NCBI GenBank assembly: GCA_004764695.1
Contig: SMSO01000014.1
Span: 6,872,029 to 6,936,028 of the forward strand
DNA from: Schizochytrium sp. TIO01
Lineage: Eukaryota > Protista > Bigyra: Labyrinthulomycetes
Reading direction: 5' to 3'
Length of the DNA stretch: 64,000 bases
Shown: piece after piece, positions 22,471 through 33,083 of the stretch
Layout: each line of letters starts with the position of its first letter
Numbering within the stretch: the stretch's first letter is position 1
Position numbers and translations under genes: made by a program
Notes under the pieces: model-generated
What the model saw: only the letters and a program-made list of their open reading frames with translations
Told to the model about the DNA's origin: nothing
Database searches by the model: none

Positions 22471-24088
22471 AAAGAGCAAATAAAATAGCACTGATACTCT
22501 TATTACTCGAAAGAGTGATACTGTGTACAAAGGAGTGCATCAGCATGCCACGAGTCTACAAATTTTGGCTTTCCGCAACCTTTTGCTTTGTTGTGTGAAG
22601 CAAAGCTTTACCTTTGTAAAAATAAGGAAATCATTATTTTTTTAATTTTAAGAAATAAATCACCACGAAGATTTACAGTAAACTTCAAATGTAGAGTCAT
22701 TTTGTGCACAGCGTCAATCTATAATTTTGGATGAATAATTTCTTCATCTGAACTAGTCGTGATTGCCTTGTCTTTACGCCGCGCTCAATGAATAATTTGG
22801 CCCTACTGTCTTTATTTATATCCGGGCTTTAAAATGACAAGGGTCCAAGAGCGCTGTATAGAAACCATTTTTACCGAGGTGATGGTTCATCAATAAGAGT
22901 GATCAATACAGCGTACATATTCATCAATATTTGTTATTCTGTAGCAGAAAAGACGAGACGTTACAGTCTCTTGAGTGAATATACTCGTTAATCTGTAGAT
23001 GATGCTTTGTATGGTCTAATGTAGCCAATCATGGTGCGCTACCTTTCCATCCACGGAAATGATTTAAGAATTGTCTTTAAGTCTTAGCCCCACTTTGTCA
23101 CCATAGAAAATGCAGGTTTTGCACATTTTACAAGTTAATCTTTAAGTGCTAAATAGCTAAGTAAGCCATCCCTATATGTTGAATTCGTTCATGCTGCATG
23201 CCGTGTAGTCATGCATGGGTTGATTCACTGATTCACCTCGTCAAGAGCCATTACACTGTACGCATTGTCATTTCGCTCGCCTTGCATCACAAACAATTCA
23301 ATATGTCTTAAGCAAACAATGCATGAATTTGCAATTGAGCCTGGGACTTCTTTATTGCAAATTGAGAAAATGGATGGAGGCAAGCCAGTAAAGAGCAGGA
23401 AATCTTTTGCATTGCACTCATTATATTGCTTCACAGAATACCACTGTTTGGCATTTGTCATTCATTCATACCTTGAAGGACTTCTGCAGACGTGCTTTCT
23501 TAAGCTCCTTCGTCTTAGTCTTACATCCTTTCCTCGCTCCAACTACCTTACCTTCCTACTCCCATTAGTCGGTCTTAGGCCTAGTACATAGGTAGCTGCT
23601 TAGGAAACTATTTAGTTGCGTTAATTCAACTACCGTTCATTAGTTAGTTTACTAGTAGTTTATCCCCATAATCTCCGCCTCAATCGTGATACATGGTGTT
23701 ACTGTAAGAAGTAGTATTGTAGTTACTAGTAGTAGTTACTAGAGGTTTTTGCGGCTAATAATCGCTGATGTTCTTGTCGCCGTTCTTTTTGTTCTAGTTT
23801 CCCATTTCAAGCACCACTGCTAGCTTTCCCAGTAGCTGGTGACTGCTATAAGAGACGCTAGCCCTCCTTAGTGCCTTCATTGCATTTTGTTCGCACCTAC
23901 TACTATTAGCAGCAACACTAGTTGTAGTAGTAGTAGTATTAGTACATCATTTATTTATTTTTAATTTTTTAAAAGAAAAGTGAACTTCAATTGGTGTATA
24001 AGTGGGTGAACAGTACTAAACAATGAACATGAATAATTAATTATCCCTAAGTAGTGCTAGCATTTCTCTATCATTAAAAAATTAATAA

Positions 24089-24169
24089 GAATGAGTGAAT
24101 GAATGAATGAATGAGTGAGTGAATGAGTGAATGAATGAATAAATGAATGAATGAATGAATAAATGAGTG
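24089..24169 (+). repeat. (ATGA/GTGA)n compound microsatellite
   Basis: gaatgagtgaatgaatgaat... tandem tetranucleotide run upstream of the S18 gene. Confidence 0.9.
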
Positions 24170-24505
24170 ATGTTGCTGCTTCGTGCTAGTTGTTTCCTCC
24201 TAATGTTTTCAGTAGTTGTCTTTAGATCTGCTGCATTGCCTGCTTTGCCAACCTTAGGCTTTCTTTCTGCTTTCGCTCTGCCTTTCTCACATTCTGCCTC
24301 CCAGTCAAACCTGCGGAGAGCGTGTATCCGAGAGACATCGGCATCGATCGATTGATCGAGAGATAGAGATAGAGAGAGAGAGAGCTAGTTAGAGCTCTCC
24401 TTCTCCTACTCCTACTTCTTCCCTTTGCGGTTGGTCTCCGTTCTCTGTGCTACTACTTTGGCATTGGCTTTTCTTGCCTGTCTGTGGTTTCTCAACTTCT
24501 GCACG

Positions 24506-25477
24506 ATGGCCTCCTCCCTTCGCTTCGCCTTGTCTAACCTGGCACCCCGCTCTTCTGTCTCTTCATTGGGATCTCTGTCTCGCCCTGCTTCTCTGAGCTC
24601 TGTCAGTGCCCTGCGCTCCTCTCCTCTCGTGGCCCTTCGCGCATCCGCTTCTTCTCGCTCTCCTCTCTCTGCTGTGTCCTCTTTCCGCGCCTTCTCCTCT
24701 TCATCTGGTTCTGGCGACAAGGATGACAGCTCTGTCTCTGAGGAAGACCTTCTCAACTCTTTCTCCGGAAAGCTCGCCCGTCGCGGCTTCGTTCCCGTCG
24801 ATGAGGCTCGCGTGAGAGAGGTCATGGGCAAGCCCCCAATTTCGGGCTCTTCTGCATCTGCTGACGGCTCTGGTTCTGCTGCGTCGTCTCCTGAGTCGCC
24901 CTCCTCTGCATCTTCTGCGTCCTCCGCAGCTGCTGGTGATGAGGATGCTCTTGGCGATAGCCGTGGCTCTTCTGGTGGTGTGAACCCTCTGACCGCCTCA
25001 TCTCGGCCGGACAACCGTCCTCTGAGCACTTCTCCTGAGGTGAAGCAGCTCTTCGTGGAGCGTCTGCGCCGTAACCAGTTCCGTCCTGGCCAGTCCTTTG
25101 ACCCCATGACCTTTATCGATGCCAGCGAGAACTTGCGCGGCATCAACGAGAACGCGCGCGCTGGTTCTGGCCCTCGCCGGACTCCTCGCCCTGCCCGCCT
25201 TGAGCGCACAGGTCAGGAGATCCACTTCACCAACCTCTGGTTCCTGAGCAGATTCATGAGCCCCATGGGCAAGATCCTTCCGCGCTACAAGACCGGTCTT
25301 TCCAAGAAGAAGCAGCGTCGCGTTGGTCAGATGATTCGCCGCGCGCGCCAGATGGGCCTTCTGTCATATTTTCACCGCTATGTGCCTGGCATTCTTGAGC
25401 GCACGGAGGGAGAAGCAGAACCCTCTGGACTCGCACCGCCTCGCCCTACCGGCACGGGACGTCAGCAGCGCAAATAA
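24506..25477 (+). CDS. MRPS18: Mitochondrial ribosomal protein bS18m with long N-terminal extension
   Basis: S18 domain HFTNLWFLSRFMSPMGKILPRYKTGLSKKKQRRVGQMIRRARQMGLL. Ser/Arg/Ala-rich, acid-free presequence MASSLRFALSNLAPRSS...RAFSS. Upstream FRPGQSFDP motif resembles fungal Rsm18. Confidence 0.9.
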   Translation: MASSLRFALSNLAPRSSVSSLGSLSRPASLSSVSALRSSPLVALRASASSRSPLSAVSSFRAFSSSSGSGDKDDSSVSEEDLLNSFSGKLARRGFVPVDEARVREVMGKPPISGSSASADGSGSAASSPESPSSASSASSAAAGDEDALGDSRGSSGGVNPLTASSRPDNRPLSTSPEVKQLFVERLRRNQFRPGQSFDPMTFIDASENLRGINENARAGSGPRRTPRPARLERTGQEIHFTNLWFLSRFMSPMGKILPRYKTGLSKKKQRRVGQMIRRARQMGLLSYFHRYVPGILERTEGEAEPSGLAPPRPTGTGRQQRK

Positions 25478-26927
25478 ATGACCAACAGAGATTGCTGAGT
25501 GCAAATATGGGCAAGGAGGTCAATGTAAAGAGACAAGAATAGGTGGATGGATGGATCATTAAACGAATCAATGAATCGTCAGTAGTTGAAGTCAAGTAGA
25601 GAAGACTCCTTGCTTTATCTTCATCTTCGGATTCATGATTATAATTTTCTTCGCCCCCCTGTTCTCCTCTGACATCGTTTCCTTTTCTTTCTACAAACAC
25701 TTCGACAACCTTTCACTTTGCCTTCTGTGATATGATATGATCAATCAAACTGCCTCAACGAGTGGGCGAACCGGAGTCTACAACATATATTTAGACCATC
25801 TTTGTTTCTTCATTATAAGAAGAAAAGTGAATCAAGCGCACCAATGTGCTTGTATGAGTACCGCAAATAAATGTGGTGGTGCACATGCATGGCTGGTGTG
25901 CGTTATTGCAAGCTTTCAAAGGAGCTAAGTATTCGTGAGGGCAGAAAACCCGTTGTGTAAATTATGAGATTGCTCATCACATTACCGGCTCTAGCAGGTA
26001 CGCGTATCATCTCATAATTGCTCGCTCATTTGCTTGCTTGGTCACTCACTCTTAACTAGGATGGTCTCGCCCTCGAACTTATACCAGTCAGTCACTCATG
26101 AACTAGTTAGTTGCTTCAGTCCTCTCACGCACTCACAGACTATGTGCTCTCAAACTAGTCATTCATCCACTCACAAACGTTCTCTCGCTCGCAATAGCCA
26201 CGTGTGGTGGGTAGGCGAGCAAACAAGGGAAGGAGTGAGTGAGTGAGTGGGTTTCTCTTTCCGCAACAACCCCCCTCTCAACAACTTCTTTTTCTTCGCG
26301 CTCCACGCGTCATCCGGTGCCGCGGTGAATATTGCTGCGGCTTCAGCTATTACGACTGCTACTGCTGCTGCTGCTTCTACTGATGCTGCCATACCTTCAA
26401 AACATGCATAGATATGCCAGCACATGATGCTGGTCTCGACTTTATAATCATAAAAGAAAAAAAATTAAACTTTTAGAACAACAACCAGCACGAATCTCCT
26501 TCGTAAATGATGATGTTTATCATTAAATCTACTCTTGTCTTAAACCACTACAAGCTATTGAAAAAACACTATTATTGTATTGTGGCTTGGCAACCTTTTA
26601 CCTCTAGTGGGTTTCGTTAGAATTGATAATCCTACCAGCTCCTGCACCATTTGACAATTAAGTATCATTCCATATACTCATATCCAGCTCTCAGAGCTTG
26701 ATTATCGATCAGATTAAACTCCCTGAATCATGAACGCCTCACCACAAGGTTCTTAGGAAGCTTTGCTTAGTTCATTAGCTTAAGTTAGTAATGGAGTCCT
26801 ATATTATTAGCTAGATCGGTAGAGAGAACATCAGAACCATTTACACAGATTCATGAACGTCATATTGCAGTAGTCCCTTGGTCTGCATTGATACCCGAGT
26901 CCAAACGGGTGCCAAGGTTACCTACTC

Positions 26928-28145
26928 ATGAGCGACCTCCCCTTCCTCTGGGGTGCTCGCCAGAACGCGCTCACACCAGAAGAATTGGGCTTCGGCTCTA
27001 ACCAATCTGCCGCCGCAAGAGCTGCTACCCATGCTACAGCAGTCCAAGCAGCCCAAGCAACCCAAGCAGCTCAGGCAGCTCAGGCAGCACAGACAGCAGC
27101 TCACCTCCCGCGAGACCTTGTTCCTGAAAATGTCACGAGTCCTGAGCCAGAAAGAGTTTCCTCCACTATCCAGGTACCAATTGCGAATGAATCTGCAAAG
27201 TCGGAACGCACGTCTTTACCGCCAACATCGGCACTAGTGGAACCAAAGATCACGGCTGAAACAACACAATCAGAAAGAAATGCAACTCTTTCGACTCCCC
27301 GTTTGGCTTCTTCAGTCTCTGCTGCGTCTAAGAGCGCAAGCGGTTGCTGGAATGGGGAACTCATAGTAGCATCGCGATTGCACTTTAACGAGGCACAGAA
27401 GGAAGACATCGACATCAATAAGCTTGGAGCTTTTCTCAGAAGTGCACTGTCAATTTCCAATGATGTGGTGATCGCAGTAGGCGCTTCTCAGGAAACCATC
27501 GTGAAGCTTCAGCAGCTTGTCACGGCTGTGCAAAAGACGTGCCAAAGCTCTACAGCACAAGTCCACATCCTTCCTGTCTCTCCCTGGGGCAAATTTATTC
27601 CTGCTTTGAATGCGCTGGTCAGCTTTGCAGCCAATCATAACTTCAAGTATATCTGCTTTCAATCGTTGGAGGTGACTGTTGCACCAGAAGTCGTGCGTTG
27701 CTTAACTGCTCAGTTCGAGCTTGGGGACACCTTGGTAGCTGGAGCAGCGTTTCCGAAGGATCACTTATTCGAGCCTGGTTGGCGGGTCCTCAATGGACGC
27801 ACCTCTCCATGGAATACACTTGCCGTATGGAGTTTGAACAAACTAGCACTCACAGGTTTTAGCCTTGTCGCGGAGGGTCTTCCTATGGAAGGTATCCCAG
27901 CAGGCGTAGAAGAGGTCTCCACTATATCCATTTTGCAGCGTATTCTGCCTCGTCAAGCCAAGGCTAAATTGATTCTTCATCCTTCTTTCTTGCGATCCAA
28001 CTCGTGGAATACTGAGTTCTCAGACCATGCGCGCCAGGAGTGGCACCGCAAAAAGATGCAGTCCAAAATTGACCGCCCTGCTGCTCAACTCGATGCTCTG
28101 GGTATTGATCCAGGTATTGTTCAGCACATTTCGATTGAACCATAA
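26928..28145 (+). CDS. Uncharacterised protein with C-terminal alpha/beta domain resembling a GT-A (GT2-like) fold; low-complexity N-terminus
   Basis: 405-aa ATG ORF. Ordered domain LIVASRLH...VVIAVG...PWGKFIPALNALVSFAA...YICFQSLEV...PWNTLAVW...GVEEV. The fold call is inference. Confidence 0.75.
   Translation: MSDLPFLWGARQNALTPEELGFGSNQSAAARAATHATAVQAAQATQAAQAAQAAQTAAHLPRDLVPENVTSPEPERVSSTIQVPIANESAKSERTSLPPTSALVEPKITAETTQSERNATLSTPRLASSVSAASKSASGCWNGELIVASRLHFNEAQKEDIDINKLGAFLRSALSISNDVVIAVGASQETIVKLQQLVTAVQKTCQSSTAQVHILPVSPWGKFIPALNALVSFAANHNFKYICFQSLEVTVAPEVVRCLTAQFELGDTLVAGAAFPKDHLFEPGWRVLNGRTSPWNTLAVWSLNKLALTGFSLVAEGLPMEGIPAGVEEVSTISILQRILPRQAKAKLILHPSFLRSNSWNTEFSDHARQEWHRKKMQSKIDRPAAQLDALGIDPGIVQHISIEP
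27042..27098 (+). repeat. Coding 9-bp tandem repeat encoding (xQA)n
   Basis: gtccaagca gcccaagca acccaagca gctcaggca gctcaggca gcacagaca encodes VQA AQA TQA AQA AQA AQT. Confidence 0.85.
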
Positions 28146-28595
28146 GTTGACCCACCCAGCACATATGCTGACCAAACTTCACTTTGCGTCCTCATTCTCC
28201 CGAAACGAAGAATAAAATTAAGAAATCTTCGCCTCATCCATCCAATAATAAAGGTCATTTTAATTCCTCCACTCCCTTTCCTTTCTTTTGTAGCAGTAAC
28301 CGTGTTTATTCTTTCTTGAGCTCATTGTGCCACCACTGCTAAAATGAGGTTTCACCTTAATCCTATTTCATATGTTGTCAGGGTATTCAATTCATTGCGT
28401 TAACTTTAATCAAGGTTAAAACCTTCAGTGACAAATGCAATAATCCATTTTTCATTTTGAGGAGATTCAAATCGGCGTATAATCATTAATCATTTTGTTC
28501 TATATAAATAAGAAAGCACCACCCTACTTGTACATGTCCTTAGCCTTTACCACGAGAAAGATTTAGCCAGCGACCCTAGTCATTAGCACTGGTCG

Positions 28596-30908
28596 TTAAT
28601 CGAAAATATTGATTGTGAGCTTCTTTCCACCACGGCGTAATTTAGACACACCAGCGTTCTCACTTTGAGCACCTAATCCTTCCGAAGGGGGCGGCGATTT
28701 GGCACATTCTGCAATGATGGAGGGTGTTTCTTTAATTGCTTTCTTCGCTCGACGGGGAGGAAGCTTCAAGATAACTTCATCTTCATCGGCACCACCATCT
28801 CCACCGTCCTCCTCAACAGAAGTGAACTCTATATTGTTGAGCGCATCCTCACTTGCCTTTGCAAACTGGAGGCGTTGGTGGGACTTAGCCTGAAGCTCAG
28901 ATATATCCCTGATTGCTTTGAGGTCAATCACGAGAGCGGTTGTGTTGTCATTGCTACGACCGTTAATAGCAGCCGCGACCAAAGTGTCCGCAGCTTGCTG
29001 AGGAGAGGTTGCCAGCTTTACGACACTAGACGCATTGACATTGTTGATGAAGTCCCACAGACCATCAGTGCCAAGAACGATGGCACGATCATGCTGATCG
29101 AACTTCCGATGTATAACCTCAGGTTTTGAAATCACATACTTTTTCAGCGCACGGTCTCCAATCGCGCGCGACATGCAAAGAATCCCTTCAACGCGATTGT
29201 CTTGAGATAGCCTTCCTCCAGCCGCCTCAATACGTGCTTTCTCGGTAGGGTTATTAGGTTTATGGTCATTCGTAAGTTGGATTGCTTCCAACCTATCCTG
29301 ACAAACCAAAACCGCGCGAGAGTCACCCAAATTAGCAATATAACACTCCGTCGACGTAATAATTGCAGCAACAGCAGTTGAGCCCACATAATCTCGGCCT
29401 GCGAGCTGGTTAGGTAAAGTACGCACTTCCTCGTCCGTCTGTAAAAAGGCCCTTTCAAGACATTCCACGGATTTCTCAATACCATATTCCTTTAGTAAGA
29501 TAGCCAAGTTTTTGTAAAGATTTGATGCACAGAAACTTGCAACACTATTTCCACCATGTCCATCAAAAACTGCAAAAAATGAAGCATATGGTTCTGTCAG
29601 CAAACCTCCTACCACGCAGAAGCGATCTTCCATATCTGCTCGGGGTCCTTGATTAGCACATACTCCAAAGGGGAAAAGGGACAAATCAGCATCTTTCTCA
29701 ATCCCAAATTTGTGTGAATTAGTTCTGGGCATTACCAATGCAGCAACGAGCTGACGTGCATCTTCCATAGGAAGATCGAGTGATTTAAGACGCTTAAGTC
29801 TTCTTCGGCATGTCGCCTTGGCAGAATCTTCATTCTCATTATCTTGGGAAATGACGGAATTTTGGAATACAAGGCCTCTTTCACCTTGAATGGACTGCAC
29901 AGGAGGGTTTTTGATAACAAACATATCGAACTGGGAAGGGCGTGTTGACGGCACTGACGAAAACGGATTATGTTTTTCTTCAGTTCCACGTGTACTTGAT
30001 GTGCTCATTCCATTTGAGAAAGGGTTTGGTGATTTAGAAAGAACGCTGCTAGCGTTTCCATCACATTGCGTTGCTTTCATACTATTACACGCTGCAAAAG
30101 GATTTGTAGACTCCTTAGCACTACCTTCTTCGTTCTTGATTGAAAAGGCCATGGCGCTCGAAAAGGGATTATTCTTTGTGGTAGACATGTTGTTTGCTGG
30201 AAAAGATTGACTTTCTTGGCATCTTCCTGGCCACACATCATATTTGCCCTCGTTCTGACTGTAGCTGCTATTCTTATCACCAAATTTGCAAACTTCATTA
30301 CTCAGGTCGCTACCCTTTTCACCACCATTTAGACTCGGATTGGAAGTATGTATGGCATTGCTATTGTTAGAATTGTTCGCCTCAAAGCTAGCAGTTGCGG
30401 ACGCGACCTTTTCCTTGAGGCCTGCACTTGCATTCGAAAAGGGATTTATATGTGAACTGGCGGCCAGAACACTCGGAGCTACATTAAGTGACACCATGTG
30501 GCTAGAGAGCCTACCAGCATCAAGCGATAAGCGCGCGCCATTGAACCGACGATATAATGATCCTGTGCTGCGCCTTTCTTTATGCAATGGTGTTGGGGTT
30601 GTTGAGGCCGAAGAAGAGGAGGAGAGCGAGAGTGACGAGGTTGCCCAGTCCTTGGAACTGGGCATACTTCCAACATCCCAAGCTGAGTCTACTTCATCTA
30701 ATACATGGTCTGCACTCCGCTTCGTCGACAAAGGCAAAAACCGTGGTGAATCTGTCACCATACTGCTGTGCCCCGAAGGCTGACTGTTACTTTTCCACCA
30801 TGATCCATCCTCGTTTAAATTGAAAGACCATGACTTTGGTGAACGTTCGACGTCATTTAACTCCCCACCTGTAGAGCGGGGCGATGATGAAGACGAGTTC
30901 ATACGCAT
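28596..30908 (-). CDS. Protein phosphatase 2C (PPM family) with long disordered N-terminus carrying five NPF motifs; true start uncertain (frame open to 31097)
   Basis: Motifs QGPRADMED, FAVFDGHGG, GSTA, ANLGDSRA, DHKP...E..RI...GG, SRAIGD, GTDGLWD and SNDN are all intact. First in-frame ATG at 30908. Confidence 0.93.
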   Translation of the reverse strand: MRMNSSSSSPRSTGGELNDVERSPKSWSFNLNEDGSWWKSNSQPSGHSSMVTDSPRFLPLSTKRSADHVLDEVDSAWDVGSMPSSKDWATSSLSLSSSSSASTTPTPLHKERRSTGSLYRRFNGARLSLDAGRLSSHMVSLNVAPSVLAASSHINPFSNASAGLKEKVASATASFEANNSNNSNAIHTSNPSLNGGEKGSDLSNEVCKFGDKNSSYSQNEGKYDVWPGRCQESQSFPANNMSTTKNNPFSSAMAFSIKNEEGSAKESTNPFAACNSMKATQCDGNASSVLSKSPNPFSNGMSTSSTRGTEEKHNPFSSVPSTRPSQFDMFVIKNPPVQSIQGERGLVFQNSVISQDNENEDSAKATCRRRLKRLKSLDLPMEDARQLVAALVMPRTNSHKFGIEKDADLSLFPFGVCANQGPRADMEDRFCVVGGLLTEPYASFFAVFDGHGGNSVASFCASNLYKNLAILLKEYGIEKSVECLERAFLQTDEEVRTLPNQLAGRDYVGSTAVAAIITSTECYIANLGDSRAVLVCQDRLEAIQLTNDHKPNNPTEKARIEAAGGRLSQDNRVEGILCMSRAIGDRALKKYVISKPEVIHRKFDQHDRAIVLGTDGLWDFINNVNASSVVKLATSPQQAADTLVAAAINGRSNDNTTALVIDLKAIRDISELQAKSHQRLQFAKASEDALNNIEFTSVEEDGGDGGADEDEVILKLPPRRAKKAIKETPSIIAECAKSPPPSEGLGAQSENAGVSKLRRGGKKLTINIFD

Positions 30909-33083
30909 GTCGACATTTGTGGATACTGTGGAAGCCCACGATTCGACTAATGTTGGGCTCGCTGGTTCACTGAATCGGCGATAACGAGGACTAGCGGACT
31001 TCTTTGCTGTTTGTGACGGAAGAGGCGGGCAGATTCGCACGACTGCTACTTTCAGGTGTGGCCATTGCAGAAGACCTTCTATCCGTGTCAACTTCACTGG
31101 CAGTCAGAACTAGTTCCGTAGGTACAGAAAAATAAAAGGTTATCGTGAACTATCGAGGCTCTCCAACACTCCAATTAAACCAGAGTCAGTAGCTGTTTGA
31201 GGCCACAAGCAAAAGACCAGAGTTTGTATGATAACTGACTTGTCAAACAAATGTTTACTGCATGACGTCTCCTCTGCTTGAAGATTAATTACAAATATTG
31301 ATGAGCCTAAAGCAGGCCTGTCTTCAGAATAGCTTCAAAAACTTCGTGATCAAGCTAAATGGGATAAATAAAGACTTTCTGTCCAAGCTGTTCGAATGAA
31401 GTACACGGGTGAGAGAGAAGTGCCAGCTAGTTTTCTAGATCTACTGTGACCGACAGAATCCGATTTGTTTTATGTAGGAGTTGGCTGCAGAAGCAATTCC
31501 AGCTCGTCTTTCGCTCTTCGTCTCGGTCTCTCGATCTGATACACGTGCGTAGTTTCGAGCCCTTGAAAGCCTCAGCGATAGGTAGGTATGCGCTCCAAGT
31601 ATGCTAGTAGAACTGTTTCCCCTGTGGCTGACTATGTACTGGCAGTAACGTTGCTGCTCATGCGATTAGGTGTTGCGGAATAAGCTTACAACTGATGGAT
31701 TTGATTGAAACTTGGTTGATTAACTCAAGTGTCTTCTTTTCTATCCATTTGACTACCATGGTAGTATTAGTAGCTACGTAGCTAGTACATACCAAAATCA
31801 TTACGGCAGGAAATGTTCTTTGAAAGACGCAAGAGATAGAAATAGGCCTACTATTACAGGTAGTACCTACCAAGTAGTACTAGTACGCAGCGTACTCATT
31901 ATAAAGTTTTTCAAGTTATCGTCCATCCTGGTATCCTTCGAGGGTGCTCGTTCTGTCCTGTTAGTAAAGATCGACACCAAAAGAGCACGGGTTCAACATT
32001 ACAGACGATTCCTCGAATGTAACATTGAAGATCTGAAATTATTTGTTTTCGATAGGCACGTATTTGGTAAAACTGTATTTTTATCTGACTTTTTTTTTTG
32101 CATTATCTTAACCATGCATGGCACGTGCTCGGGTCTTTCACTCCCTTTGATTTTAAGCCTTCGCATAGTGCTGGGATCCATTTAACAGCATAAGTCTATT
32201 ATAAAAGCAACATCGTTACGGAAAGCCTCCAAGGAAACTGAAGATTAAACGTGAAGCAGATTGCGCTCTAAGAAGAATCACTAGTTGGACGTTAGTTATG
32301 GAATTGAGATATGCGATTTGTGCAAGTAGCAAGATATTAAGCGTCCTCGCCTCAAGCCTTTTTTCGGAATCATCTAGGTAGGCAGGTACTACCTCGTACC
32401 ACAAGTAGATATACATAGATGATATAATCCCTCCATTGAGACGACACTCTCGCTATTCCTTGATGATTTTCTTTGGGTAATAACTCAATGAAAAACCTGT
32501 TCGTACCATCTGGAACGATTCTAAGATCACATTATGTGGCAGGTAGACACAAAATACGAAAAGGGACAAACATCCTCAAAAGTCGCTTACAATAGCCTCA
32601 AACCAGCTTTGTGGCCCTTCATATAGCTTTCTTTAGTCAATGATCTTTGTGTTGCCAATGAGCTGCGTTTCTCCCATTTTAATTGAAATATTCTACGAGT
32701 GAAATATTACCTATCTACATAAGCTTTTATTTGAAGTAGAGTTCTAAGAGATGTAACTAAAACTACTTACCTACCTGAATTGTATACTAGGATAAATACT
32801 AAGTCTTTCATTAGCCAGAAAAGTAAAACAAGAAGAAGTCCTACCGGATCAATCAGAATGTGATTGCAGACAATCATAAGATCAATACTAACGGGAAGAC
32901 TCTTGTACTGCGCAATTCATTAAACAACAACTTGTTCTTGTCTTTCTCGTAGTGGAGACAATAGCGTGCAGAGGCCAAATCTTACGCGACAGCTAGATAT
33001 CATAGATGCAACACGTGTTCAGAAGTCTCTAAACCAGCGAGCTGCGTGGAGTGGCTACGCAACGCGCACACCAGCAATATACA

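Noticed and set aside
24412-25209. 265-aa antisense ORF over S18 (also 36065-36694, 33956-34561, 20065-20709)
   Set aside because: Shadow ORFs produced by codon bias and low complexity of the real gene on the opposite strand.
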